DNA from: a virus
Taxonomy: Duplodnaviria; Caudoviricetes
Length of the DNA: 39,162 nt
Strand: one strand, 5' to 3'
IMG/VR virus record: IMGVR_UViG_3300024232_000033
Span: 1-39,162 of that record
Shown here: positions 24,201 to 32,586 of the stretch, piece by piece
Position numbering within the stretch: the first letter of the stretch is position 1
How the letters are laid out: each line of letters begins with the position of its first letter
Program-made: the position numbers and the translations under genes
The notes under the pieces: generated by a model
Database searches by the model: none
What the model saw: only the letters and a program-made list of their open reading frames with translations
What the model was told of the DNA's origin: nothing

Positions 24201-26203
24201 TAGGTGTTGATATCCTTCATCGCCTTGAGGTTGTCGAGGTACAGCTGAATCGCAGAGACGGTTGGTCCTTTCAGAATGGCTGCAGTCTCTGCGGCACTCA
24301 GGCCGAGATTCTTATTCTCCTCTGCGACCTGCTTCTCGTAGTCAGTGAGGGGAATGAGCGCTCCAGCTTGCTGGGCAAGTGCTTCTGCAAGTTTCTTCTG
24401 GGCGGCTTGTGCTTCCTTCGATACGCTGCCTGAGCGTACGAGCTCCTCACTGTGCTTCTTGAGCGAAGTCGTCGCAGCATCTGCAGCATTCTGCTCCGCA
24501 AGCAAGTTCAATGCCGTTTGCGTCGTATCTTCGACTGGCCCCATGCTCGAGCTGAGCGGATGAGCAGGAGCCGGCGGTGCAATGTTGGTGACAGATGGAG
24601 CGAGTACGCTCGTCGGACTAGGCAGGTGCTCGTTGAGCCACTTGATCCCAGCGATCAGCGGGTCGATGATAAAGTGATACGCTGCTGCAGCGTCGTTGAA
24701 TGCTGCCTTCAGGTCGATGCCAAAGGCACTTGCAAGGAGCTGAGCACCCTTCACTGCATTGTCGAGTACGTCTTCCTTGAAGAGCGACCAGAGCATCTTC
24801 GCATCGTTCCAGAGTGCACTGATTGCATCGGCGGAGAGGAGAACGGCAGTCTTCAGAAGCTCGAAGAGCCCGATGCCTGTTCCAATCACCGCCCACCCTG
24901 CGAGCTTCGTGACGAGTTCCACTGCATTGATGATAAAGGACCCAAGCGCGGAGTTGGCGACGTAGTCGATGATCTTCCCGAGCGCGGTCCACGCATCGAC
25001 TGCAGGTCCTGCGATATACTCCACTGCGGAGACCGCAGCTTTCTTCACATCGTTCCAGTGCGTGACGAGCTCGTACAGTGCAAGGCCGAGCGCAACAATC
25101 ACCGCGGTGCCCGTCACGAACTCGAGGCCTTCCCACGCGATCTCCAGCGCTTTCACCGCGAGGCTCGTGCCTTCTACGGCGACCGTCCACTCCTGGTACG
25201 CCTTGACTGCTGCCTGAATCCACCCGACGATCTTCCATGCAGCGTAGACCGCCACGAGCTTCTCGACGATGTCCTTATGCTCGATGAGGTAGGAAGTTGC
25301 ACTCTTCACACCTGCAACGAAGGGTACGATATACGTTGATGCAGTTGAAACGCCCTGTGCAAACTTGTCGATCCACCCGACGATAGTCTCAATCGCGGCT
25401 TCTCCCGATCCACCGAAGGCATCTGCGAGCGCGCTGCCGATATCCGTCAGGGCCTTATTCACCGCAGGTGACTTTGCAACAGCTGCGCTGAGCTCGTCGA
25501 ACCAGTTCTTCACGGTCGCTTCTGCGAACTGCAGTTGCTCGCCGAAGTCCCGTTCCTGTGCACCGGCGTCCTTGACGACTGACCCGAGTGCTTTGAGAAT
25601 TGCTTGGCGATCCGCCGCTGCCTTCCCAGCGGCCGACAGCTGATTCTTCTGTACACCGAGCGACGCGGCGAACTCGGTTTCCGCTGCCTTCAGATCCACC
25701 ACCACGCCCATCATCTGCAAGGCGCGAGTGCGCCCAGTCAGCATGGACTGATTCAAAGTTTGAAGAATTTGCTCTGTACTTCCAAAGCCCCTGTTCTGCA
25801 AGGTGAAGGCTGCATCGCCGAGTGTCTTGAAGTCCTCGGAATTGAGCTTCACGCCTGCAGAGAGGAGTTTGCTCTCCGTCCGCATGAGGATGAAATCGTC
25901 GATCGTTCCTCGGACTCCATCCCTGAGCCCTTTCAGATTCTCTTCAGCAGCCTCACTGCTACCTGAAAAGTGCTCAAGCGAACTGCTTACGTCATTGATC
26001 TCCGAACCGTGATCACCCATGGCGATGATCCCTGCAGTGATCGCCGCAACTCCTGCGACCACGGCAGCAGTGCCGATGGCTGCTTCTCCCAGCACTCCAT
26101 CGAAGTCCTCTGCCCATTTCTTCACATGCTCGATCGATTGATCGAGTATGCCGGACACTTGATCTTCGATTTCGATCTGGCCGGTAAGTGATCCTATGTC
26201 CAT
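21209..26203 (-). CDS. tail tape measure protein
   Basis: 1664 aa, Ala-rich and helical, with a hydrophobic central region and the C-terminal GG....KPTLFLAGEAGPE.V motif. Follows the tail chaperones. Confidence 0.95.
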   Translation of the reverse strand: MDIGSLTGQIEIEDQVSGILDQSIEHVKKWAEDFDGVLGEAAIGTAAVVAGVAAITAGIIAMGDHGSEINDVSSSLEHFSGSSEAAEENLKGLRDGVRGTIDDFILMRTESKLLSAGVKLNSEDFKTLGDAAFTLQNRGFGSTEQILQTLNQSMLTGRTRALQMMGVVVDLKAAETEFAASLGVQKNQLSAAGKAAADRQAILKALGSVVKDAGAQERDFGEQLQFAEATVKNWFDELSAAVAKSPAVNKALTDIGSALADAFGGSGEAAIETIVGWIDKFAQGVSTASTYIVPFVAGVKSATSYLIEHKDIVEKLVAVYAAWKIVGWIQAAVKAYQEWTVAVEGTSLAVKALEIAWEGLEFVTGTAVIVALGLALYELVTHWNDVKKAAVSAVEYIAGPAVDAWTALGKIIDYVANSALGSFIINAVELVTKLAGWAVIGTGIGLFELLKTAVLLSADAISALWNDAKMLWSLFKEDVLDNAVKGAQLLASAFGIDLKAAFNDAAAAYHFIIDPLIAGIKWLNEHLPSPTSVLAPSVTNIAPPAPAHPLSSSMGPVEDTTQTALNLLAEQNAADAATTSLKKHSEELVRSGSVSKEAQAAQKKLAEALAQQAGALIPLTDYEKQVAEENKNLGLSAAETAAILKGPTVSAIQLYLDNLKAMKDINTYITDAQKKFVDQQKKQAEEVAAAGTKTYADLLRATKEYHDKNDDLAKSGTDLEIAQLTRAHDAAIAKLGDRTEKTATLYDMAKTQIDAYYDHEMKKANLSADTLEERLREQGVLSHDALQKQANDSRTTYEQMAADPDKWSKTTIEHFRQVARAAQDAADGIIHPWQDAWKNIGAAVPGIIQQAFTGGGGALGAIRAGGSLVGSELGKGAVKSLTNSFPAFMGSGLGQMIGQAIPMIGAAIGPAIEGLIKLFGDHVGKDFKKRGKELGVQFSDGFLQQLRDDAKKYGGEVQALAIDLAGVIKEAGGLDTTNLSKYEGKLRDTFSLIETHQITIAQGSKVIQENWDQFVKAGTSGAGVLDAKLKETIQLSERFGVTSAAMTSYIQGQMDAANKGISTGITIASDALGAYDDLNQKQMDLRKQMSQTSDPAELKNLQSQLDETMKKLNQVGPLWDVVKIHSQESAAAISSTIIGAVANAEAAGMSFIDAVKAQQPAIEGLEKQFAATGYSGGEAFDFIKRELALATDEIAGPALQAISGYAAGLVGLNNAGQLNEDTFKGITSQISATEAALEATGKSHSDVMAAMQGDLQKVWELQQQNNYAVDEATQKLLDEAVASGSVGESHKSMGQQTVDALNKIEVAITALATGFGFLPPAADAAAKGIETSFKNVVGEGGTVPQMLENNKNDWGQWSSDIAQKGTDASTQITNDFGITVGEDGTLSQYLDQNTGKFNEWRTEVGASGTDAAQQVDAAVKQVVGPDGTVSAWLAQNPTVWASWRDSVSGLSDEAATAVSTQLGDVIAGGGSLDEWLNKNPDFWSKWKDQIRTISGDAADGVESEVGGVVGTGGSLQQKLIQSIKDWDAWKNAANHDADGLAYHITSALNQIPDKTIDVNFNVGDLNLPEALPQAEGGDYMVRKPTLFLAGEAGPERVTFSGANRTDMPWGSGEAPAGGTTVQKVEINLNGSYYGSLEALDQVLEKRVPTVLQKAGWKMERKAKQ
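21562..22208 (-). repeat. five tandem 43-aa repeats in the tape measure C-terminal region
   Basis: VGEGGTV, VGEDGTL, VGPDGTV, IAGGGSL and VGTGGSL recur at 43-aa spacing, each followed by L..N...[WF]..W. Confidence 0.85.
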
Positions 26204-26207
26204 GTGT

Positions 26208-26594
26208 TTAGCTCGGAACTCTGCCCTTCGGTTTGAGACCTAACGACGCAATCATGCTCTTGAAGATTTCGAAGTGCTGCTTGCTGGTCTGCGTCTTCTT
26301 CGGTTCCGCATCCATCCCGTACCTGATGACAAAATCCTTCAGGTCGAATGCATTCGGATGCTTCTTCCGATCCCGTGCAATGTCCCAGAGCGCCTTAGCG
26401 ATGTTCGCGGAGTTGTAATCCGCTCTGACGAACGGGAACGGGCAAATCTCGGCGAAGTACTGCCATTCCATAAACTGCTTCGCGGTGAGCCCTCCACGCC
26501 GGTGGTCGAGCATTACATCGACGTTCGGTTGGTGGAGGACCATCGCTAGAGTCATCGCGAAACGGCGGTGAGCACTTCGCCTTAGTCTTTTTTT
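26208..26594 (-). CDS. tail assembly chaperone, -1 frameshift extension (gpGT-like C-terminal part)
   Basis: The -1 frame at the A7 run is open (KKRLRRSAHRRFAMTLAM...) and joins ORF 26208..26555. The EW..F...PF...R.D...A pattern is typical of gpT-like segments. Confidence 0.85.
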   Translation of the reverse strand, partial: KKRLRRSAHRRFAMTLAMVLHQPNVDVMLDHRRGGLTAKQFMEWQYFAEICPFPFVRADYNSANIAKALWDIARDRKKHPNAFDLKDFVIRYGMDAEPKKTQTSKQHFEIFKSMIASLGLKPKGRVPS

Positions 26595-26989
26595 ATCTCC
26601 TCTCCTGCAGGGCGCTTCAACTTCATCCCGTTGAGTGTGAGGATCTCCCAGATGATGTTCTCTGTGAGCCGGTGGCTCTTGTTCCGAAGCATGCCGAGAT
26701 GCTTGTCGGTCATCATGAGCTTGCCGTCCGCATCAACGGAGCTCTTGATGATCAGCCGCAGGCCAGCAGTGCGCTTGGCCTCGCTTTCGTTCGCCTCATT
26801 CCACTCGATGAAGTCTCCTGCAGTGAGGGATTGGAGCCTGATTCCCTTCCCAGGGCCCCATGCATCCTTGATGTACTTGTACTCGACATCGTTCGTCGCG
26901 GCAATCTCTTCGAGGGATGCGATCCCTTCGACCTCTGCCTCAAGTCCCTTGTTGATGTTCTCGAGCGCCTTCTCTGCTTTTGTCGTCAT
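26582..26989 (-). CDS. tail assembly chaperone (gpG-like)
   Basis: ATG at 26989 follows AAGGAGAAGAAGG. Lies between tail tube and tape measure and ends at the slippery site. Confidence 0.85.
   Translation of the reverse strand: MTTKAEKALENINKGLEAEVEGIASLEEIAATNDVEYKYIKDAWGPGKGIRLQSLTAGDFIEWNEANESEAKRTAGLRLIIKSSVDADGKLMMTDKHLGMLRNKSHRLTENIIWEILTLNGMKLKRPAGEEIKKD
26588..26594 (-). promoter_or_regulatory. programmed -1 ribosomal frameshift slippery site (A AAA AAA G)
   Basis: The minus strand reads GAG ATA AAA AAA GAC TAA at the end of the chaperone gene. Confidence 0.85.
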
Positions 26990-26997
26990 GTCCTTCT

Positions 26998-27012
26998 TCT
27001 CCTTCTGAATCT
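26998..27012 (-). repeat. 15-bp direct repeat, copy 1 (AGATTCAGAAGGAGA on minus strand)
   Basis: Identical to 27274-27288. Confidence 0.85.
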
Positions 27013-27014
27013 GC

Positions 27015-27266
27015 CTAAAAGGAACCACTCTTCCGTGTGTTTTCGACGAGATCATCTACAACCTCGACTTTCGTCCCTGGTTGGTGAGTGAGCGTGGCCT
27101 CACCGATGATCATTCCCTTGTGACGTAGCTGCTGGACGAAGTCATATGCCATGCAGTCAGGGCACCCAAACCTGCCGCATCGCGTGTGAAGCTTCTGTCC
27201 AGCAGTTGCGCGTCTCTCGCACCCGTTCGGACCGATTGCTGTGATCGTAACGCGAAACTGTCCCAT
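27015..27266 (-). CDS. 83-aa Cys-containing hypothetical protein
   Basis: GAAGGAG RBS; C...CGRFGCPDC; flanked by the 15-bp direct repeat. Confidence 0.75.
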   Translation of the reverse strand: MGQFRVTITAIGPNGCERRATAGQKLHTRCGRFGCPDCMAYDFVQQLRHKGMIIGEATLTHQPGTKVEVVDDLVENTRKSGSF

Positions 27267-27273
27267 GCTATCA

Positions 27274-27288
27274 TCTCCTTCTGAATCT
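27274..27288 (-). repeat. 15-bp direct repeat, copy 2
   Basis: TCTCCTTCTGAATCT on the + strand, identical to 26998-27012. Confidence 0.85.
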
Positions 27289-27315
27289 ACACTACACGAC
27301 GCCTTTCAGCGTGTA

Positions 27316-27768
27316 CTACGAACCGTACAACACGCCGTTGAGGATGAACTCACCGGTCGCACGAATCACGACGTTGGCAGTTCTCACTCCGTCAACCGGT
27401 GCCGTGCCCTTCATTTCCTTCACGCCGCCTGAGAAGATGAACAGGTCACCGTCCGGCGACGCGAGTTGGAACCCGTTCGTCATGTTCGTCGTTGGATCGC
27501 CGTTCAACTGCTGATCGCGCAAGTAAACCTGCGACTGGATGTTCTTGTTGAAGAACATCGGGAATGATACGGGATCACGTCGTTGTACACCGAGAACATA
27601 TGTATCGATGTCTCGGTTATGCGACGTGATGTCGAACTCATTCCTTGTGAAACCCGGCTCGGTGATGTCACCAAGCTCTGCAATTTCGATCCATGTCCCT
27701 GCACCTGCACCGACGGCAGGCTTCAGGGAGATGATCGTTCCGTGTGAGCTGATACCTTGCAATGACAT
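27316..27768 (-). CDS. major tail tube protein
   Basis: 150 aa with W.EIAE...I..PG..R...D.TSH......Y..G and ..PDG....F.G motifs. Upstream of the chaperones. Confidence 0.85.
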   Translation of the reverse strand: MSLQGISSHGTIISLKPAVGAGAGTWIEIAELGDITEPGFTRNEFDITSHNRDIDTYVLGVQRRDPVSFPMFFNKNIQSQVYLRDQQLNGDPTTNMTNGFQLASPDGDLFIFSGGVKEMKGTAPVDGVRTANVVIRATGEFILNGVLYGS

Positions 27769-27779
27769 TCTCTGTCCTC

Positions 27780-28211
27780 CTACGAAGGATCCTTCATGGC
27801 CTCGACGTTGAATGAATATTGCGGATAGCCGCTCTTACTATCCGGACCAATATCCACCGGTCCTTGCTTAGCGCGTAACCAAACGTATCTGACTCCATCA
27901 ATTGTAACATTGTCCAAACCGTCAAGGGAATCGCGTGCCGCGTTTGCAAGTGCATAGGCAGCTGCGTCTGTCGGTGCCCGCGCGACAAGTTGAGCGCTGG
28001 GGCGCTCGTACCCGTATCGATCGTTCTGAATCCGCAAGCGTCGCATGCCACCCGTATCCGTGATCGTGATCGTGGCTTTGCCATCCGGAAGGCGGTTCCG
28101 CGGTGCAACCGCCTGTGGCGTCGTTGACTTCGACGAGATGAAGATCGTGTCGTTGAGGACTCCGACGGAATCCGTTACGAGCTTCGCCGCGAGTTCATCG
28201 ACCCAAGGCAC
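27780..28211 (-). CDS. tail terminator / tail completion protein
   Basis: I.DTGG, RPS.Q...RA, Q.P..IG.D...R/Y...S.N pattern; immediately upstream of the tube gene. Confidence 0.75.
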   Translation of the reverse strand: MPWVDELAAKLVTDSVGVLNDTIFISSKSTTPQAVAPRNRLPDGKATITITDTGGMRRLRIQNDRYGYERPSAQLVARAPTDAAAYALANAARDSLDGLDNVTIDGVRYVWLRAKQGPVDIGPDSKSGYPQYSFNVEAMKDPS

Positions 28212-28214
28212 GCG

Positions 28215-28634
28215 CTACTCCTCCTGAACCGACAGTGAATCGAAGTGAACGTGCGGAGCGAGCTTCGTGAGAAAGTCCGGACCATCCTCATTCAACACGC
28301 TCTCGACGTACTTCGCCTGCCCCACAGTGTGATGCGCCTCGAGGTTCTCGTGCACGTACACTGCGTAGTTGACAATTCCGTCGTCACCGAAGGTAAACTG
28401 CGCCTCGATCACATCAGCACTCTTATGCGTCACTTCCACTCGCCCGCTGTTGCGGAGCGCGCCAGGATGCGGAGCGTTCGGACGCATGTCGACTGGAGTG
28501 CGATCGCGCATCCGCTCGAGCAGCAGGTTGCTCTCGATCCGCATTCCTCGTTCATGCGCAGCACGGAAGGCGGTCTTCACACCACGAATACGGCCGACCA
28601 TCTTCCGTGAGTCTGCATGCCCTGAGAGCTTCAT
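28215..28634 (-). CDS. HK97 gp10-like neck protein
   Basis: TPVD...G.LR.S, YA.YVHE and GQAKY.E motifs. Confidence 0.8.
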   Translation of the reverse strand: MKLSGHADSRKMVGRIRGVKTAFRAAHERGMRIESNLLLERMRDRTPVDMRPNAPHPGALRNSGRVEVTHKSADVIEAQFTFGDDGIVNYAVYVHENLEAHHTVGQAKYVESVLNEDGPDFLTKLAPHVHFDSLSVQEE

Positions 28635-29929
28635 GCTTTCGCCTCCGGCGCTTCACGTTCCTGGAAGTCCGTCCAGAACGCTTCACGTTCTTCGGGCGTG
28701 CCAGGCGTACTGACCGTATCCTCCGGGAAAAGCTTCGCTTCGCGGATTGCATTCGCAAATGCCTCTCCGACGTTCTCCCACCGGTACTGCGAGCTTCGCA
28801 CCTGCGCCAGGCCCTTCGCAGCGAGCGCTTCGCGCAGTGCTCTCGAGCGATACAGCTGATCGAGCCCGCGAACGAACTGCTTCTGATCGGGCACTCCGCC
28901 GATCGCGTTGATCTTGTTCGGTGTCACTGCGATCGACGTGCACTCGACGAGAAACATCGAATCCGCACCCAGCTCTCCAAGCGCGGACCAGCGTGGAGCG
29001 ATGCAGGGGATTCCGCAGGCCTGTGCTTCGAAGGTCGTCAGGCCGAATCCCTCGCCCTGCGTGGTGGTTGCCATGATATCCATCGCACGGTACGTCCATG
29101 CGAGCTGCGCTTCAGGATCGCCTTGGCGGTGCTCCGGATACACGAGAAGGAGGCGGTCCTTGCATCCGAAGAACTCCATCAGCTGTTCAATGTCATAACT
29201 CTGCTCGCCGGTCGGCGCTGCGTGGATGTACAGGTACGCGTCCTTCACGTTGAACGTGCGGACCCAATCGCAGAAGTAGGCAACGAGAAGATCAAGCCTC
29301 TTCCTCTGTTGATTCCGGTTCACCGCTCCAACGATGAATCCGTTCCGCACTGCCTCGATGTCGATCGACGCGTCCGGGTGCGAAGCAAAGAGCGAACGAG
29401 CGTGTGCACGGAGCTTAGGCACATCCTGCAGGTCTGCAAGTTTGAAAATGTCGAGATCCACGCCGAGCGGCACGATCGCTGTCGGTCCCTTCCACCCACC
29501 CTTCGCTGCAGCCTCCGCTGCGAACTTCGTCCAGAAGATCGAGAGGGCGACTTCATCCAGATCCTTCGCCTGCACATTCGGACCATCGACCGCGAGTGCC
29601 GCGATCACAGGTTGATCGTACAAGCGCGCTTTGCGCAGCGCTGTAATGTATGGAGGAATGTTCCAGACATCGTTCTGCAGGACGATGAGGTCAATCTCGC
29701 AGCTCCGCACGATCTCAGCGAGGCGCGCAGCGCCGTCCCATGAACCTCCAACACGCGCCGGGAAGATCGGGTAAGGATACCCGTGAGGATCACCATTGTA
29801 GTTCATCCCAAGCACGACGATGTTGTAGTACTTGCGAAGCACGTCGAGAGTATGGTGCGTGGCTTTTGCAAAGCCTGTGCTGACGCACGCGTCACCTACC
29901 CACAGAAGAGTGCGTTTGCCATTCTGCAT
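28631..29929 (-). CDS. glycosyltransferase, GT-B fold (GT4-like)
   Basis: TGF, PLGVD...F, NRNQ.RKR.D and the EGFGL...EA.ACG.P (E-x7-E) motif. Confidence 0.92.
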   Translation of the reverse strand: MQNGKRTLLWVGDACVSTGFAKATHHTLDVLRKYYNIVVLGMNYNGDPHGYPYPIFPARVGGSWDGAARLAEIVRSCEIDLIVLQNDVWNIPPYITALRKARLYDQPVIAALAVDGPNVQAKDLDEVALSIFWTKFAAEAAAKGGWKGPTAIVPLGVDLDIFKLADLQDVPKLRAHARSLFASHPDASIDIEAVRNGFIVGAVNRNQQRKRLDLLVAYFCDWVRTFNVKDAYLYIHAAPTGEQSYDIEQLMEFFGCKDRLLLVYPEHRQGDPEAQLAWTYRAMDIMATTTQGEGFGLTTFEAQACGIPCIAPRWSALGELGADSMFLVECTSIAVTPNKINAIGGVPDQKQFVRGLDQLYRSRALREALAAKGLAQVRSSQYRWENVGEAFANAIREAKLFPEDTVSTPGTPEEREAFWTDFQEREAPEAKA

Positions 29930-30800
29930 TCCTGACGCTCCTTTCCAACTGATTCCAACATTGGGCGACTATGTCTTTCCAATCGAACTTCCTTAGCACT
30001 TCCCTTCGCTCCGCGAGCAGAACGGGTTCAGGATCCTCGGAGAGGATGTCCGTGAGGCGGTCGATGAGTTCCTCCCCGTGACACTCAGGAATGAAAACTG
30101 CGTGCCCGTCGAACCAATGCCGCATGTCTTCACGATCGAATACGATCGGCCGTGCTCCGCACGCGAGGCCCTCGATAACTGGAAACTCAAATCCCTCAAC
30201 GTGTCGGAGGCCGCTCACCCACCGCGAATGCACGTACAGGTCCGCGAGTTCTTGATCGGGGATGTTACGAACGCTGTGCCACTTCGGTGGTCTGTAAGGC
30301 ATGTTCTCGACGTTGTGCGGACCGAGATGCAGTACGCGCATGCCGAGCCTGTTCGCTGCGAGCGCGACTTCGTCGATTGCCTCTGCGTGAGGGCCAGTCG
30401 TGTATCCGCTGGTCATGATCCCGATGTCTCGAGGATCGTCAAGCAGCCTCACGTTCCTGAACGCTGGATCCACACCGAGCGGAATGCGAAGCGTTGGAAC
30501 ATCCACTGGCGTATCCAATTGCAGATACGACCAGATTGCTCGAGCGCCCTGCCACATAGGTTGCCAAGCGTCGTGATTCCCCACGATCGATGCAGCGCAG
30601 CACTGGAACGCAACGTACTCTGGTGCCTTGCAGAACTGAGGAACCGAATCATGCCCAATCACGTACATGATCTGAACATCTGCGTCCTCTGCTCGAGACA
30701 CAGCGTGCATGGACTTTGGAATGAACCTGTGAAGTGCATCCGCCATCCGATACATCGCATTGGACAGGTTATGAGGTTCAGGTCGAAGGTACACTTTCAT
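29892..30800 (-). CDS. glycosyltransferase, GT-B fold (GT4-like)
   Basis: ATG at 30800 with ATGA overlap. PLGVDP.F, L..LY, EGF..P..EG..CG..P and C-terminal F.W motifs. Confidence 0.85.
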   Translation of the reverse strand: MKVYLRPEPHNLSNAMYRMADALHRFIPKSMHAVSRAEDADVQIMYVIGHDSVPQFCKAPEYVAFQCCAASIVGNHDAWQPMWQGARAIWSYLQLDTPVDVPTLRIPLGVDPAFRNVRLLDDPRDIGIMTSGYTTGPHAEAIDEVALAANRLGMRVLHLGPHNVENMPYRPPKWHSVRNIPDQELADLYVHSRWVSGLRHVEGFEFPVIEGLACGARPIVFDREDMRHWFDGHAVFIPECHGEELIDRLTDILSEDPEPVLLAERREVLRKFDWKDIVAQCWNQLERSVRNAEWQTHSSVGR

Positions 30801-31489
30801 GCCTGTTCTCCGAGAAGAATCTTCACGCGTTCCCTCACCGCTTGTACATGCAAGCGCGTGTACGAGTCTTTCCACCCACCGTCCGGCGCGTAGACCGTTT
30901 CTCCTTGCACTCCAGCAGCTTCCTTACGCACTTCGTCTGGCGCAAAGCCTGCCCAATGATGGGCGATCGTAACGGATGGGAGACGAAGCGCACGCCCGAA
31001 CGAGGCAGCGACGTCTCGCAAATACACGTCGTGGAAGAGAAGCCGGTCGTCATAGAGAGAACCCATCCGGTCAACCATCTTCTTCGAGACGATCGTGAAC
31101 GGGAAGTTTTGCGCATTGAACGTCTCCACACCGATTGCGAACAGGCCGTCAGGATAGCGTTCCGCAAGAGCGAATACGTGCTCGGTCCACCTCGGTGTTT
31201 GAAACTCCATGTCATCATTCCCACAGAGGATGAGCGTTCCGCTTGCACGTGCGAGCATTTCGGCGAAGTACTGCGGGATACTCTTGTATCCCTCGCCACG
31301 CGGCCCGACGATCGTCTCGTACGCACCGTTGTTCAGGAGGAACATCTGCGTTTCGAGGTCATCTTCGTCAATTCGGAAGATCATCTCGGCTTGCGACGGA
31401 GGAGTATTGAGCTCGTAGGATGCAATCATCCGTTGCAGCGAAGCAACGCGCTTCCGCGTCGGCACGAGCACGGAGACCTTATGATACAT
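30797..31489 (-). CDS. glycosyltransferase, GT-A fold (GT2-like)
   Basis: ATG at 31489. VSVLVPTR.R, IDEDD, A.G......NDD (DxD-like), F.D..L and H.H-like motifs. Confidence 0.85.
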   Translation of the reverse strand: MYHKVSVLVPTRKRVASLQRMIASYELNTPPSQAEMIFRIDEDDLETQMFLLNNGAYETIVGPRGEGYKSIPQYFAEMLARASGTLILCGNDDMEFQTPRWTEHVFALAERYPDGLFAIGVETFNAQNFPFTIVSKKMVDRMGSLYDDRLLFHDVYLRDVAASFGRALRLPSVTIAHHWAGFAPDEVRKEAAGVQGETVYAPDGGWKDSYTRLHVQAVRERVKILLGEQA

Positions 31490-32195
31490 ACTTCGCACCG
31501 ATCGAAACTGACCGGGTCTCGAATGCATCAATCGGACGGAGGAGTCCGTAACCAACCTTTGCGAGTAGCACTTCATCGAAGGATTCCTCTGGGAGTGAAA
31601 ATGCTTGCATGCCGCCCGTACCGTAGCCTGGAGAGAATGCGTCGTAGATGTTTGCAATACGTCTTCGTTCTGCGTGGCTCTTCACGACGAACTTATGATG
31701 CTCGAGGATCACTGGAGCGAGCTCTCCCCCACCATAAGGACTCCCTGCATGAGGAGTGTGACGCCCGCCACTCTTCTCTCGAGTGCTCAGGCGCGTGTGC
31801 TCGTCAGGCCAGAGAGGAGGGTTGAGGATGAATTCGTCCGCTGTCCACATGTTCGCGGTTGCAAACTTCCAGTGATCGGCACTTCGATACACTTCGTTTT
31901 GCATCCATTCGATCATTGCTGCGGAGCAGCGTTCGTCGTCGTCCAGACGAAGGATATACTCTCCCGTGCAGAACGTGAGTGCGTCCTCGAGCACGCTCTC
32001 GAGATACCCCTTCGACGAGACACACCCGATCGGCGGTTGCACTTGCTCTGTGAGTTTTTCAAACGCTGCATCGCCGTCTGCGACAAGTGCAAACTGTGCG
32101 CGGAGCATGAGCGAGAGCTTCTGCATCTCACGGAGGAACGATGCAGCGTGCGCTCCAGCACGCGACACGCAGAGGATCGAGAGACTAGACGCCAA
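31479..32195 (-). CDS. glycosyltransferase, GT-A fold (GT2-like)
   Basis: TTG at 32195 follows GAGGTG. LSILCV, LVADG, C.GEYILRLDDDE (DxD), PD...RL and L.H motifs. Confidence 0.78.
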   Translation of the reverse strand: MASSLSILCVSRAGAHAASFLREMQKLSLMLRAQFALVADGDAAFEKLTEQVQPPIGCVSSKGYLESVLEDALTFCTGEYILRLDDDERCSAAMIEWMQNEVYRSADHWKFATANMWTADEFILNPPLWPDEHTRLSTREKSGGRHTPHAGSPYGGGELAPVILEHHKFVVKSHAERRRIANIYDAFSPGYGTGGMQAFSLPEESFDEVLLAKVGYGLLRPIDAFETRSVSIGAKYVS

Positions 32196-32586
32196 GGAGC
32201 ACCTCGCTGTAGAATGGCCGCTGTGTCTCCCCATCGACAGGTGCACCGATGCTTACGATCGGGCCGGTTCGGCCATCTGGAAGCATGAACACGTCGCGCG
32301 TGTCAATCGGCTCACTCTGCCGCTTTGGCGCGCCGTTCGGTTCGAGCTGCTTGAGCAGGAGGATGCTGGCTGAAGTCATGATCATCTCGCCCGTCTGCGC
32401 GGAGCGCCGGAGCATCACCCGTTGATCCACGACCGCCGGCATCTCCTTCGGAACCTCGTACTGCGGTGCTCCCCGCTCATCATCATCCAGCCAGGCGTGA
32501 TAGGTGACTCGAGCCTCAAGCCCACCGTCTCGGAAGAGGTCATCCGCGAGTTGAATGCCGTCTCGGAGATCGCTTGCAAAGCTCAT
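32185..32586 (-). CDS. head closure / head-tail joining protein
   Basis: D.RG.P.Y......A.V......R...G and D...LPDG patterns; follows the adaptor gene. Confidence 0.7.
   Translation of the reverse strand: MSFASDLRDGIQLADDLFRDGGLEARVTYHAWLDDDERGAPQYEVPKEMPAVVDQRVMLRRSAQTGEMIMTSASILLLKQLEPNGAPKRQSEPIDTRDVFMLPDGRTGPIVSIGAPVDGETQRPFYSEVLLGV

Noticed and set aside
28631-32195. Gtr-type serotype conversion cassette
   Set aside because: There is no GtrA flippase or multi-pass GtrC-like gene, and the GTs are embedded in and coupled to the late structural operon rather than forming a separate lysogenic unit.
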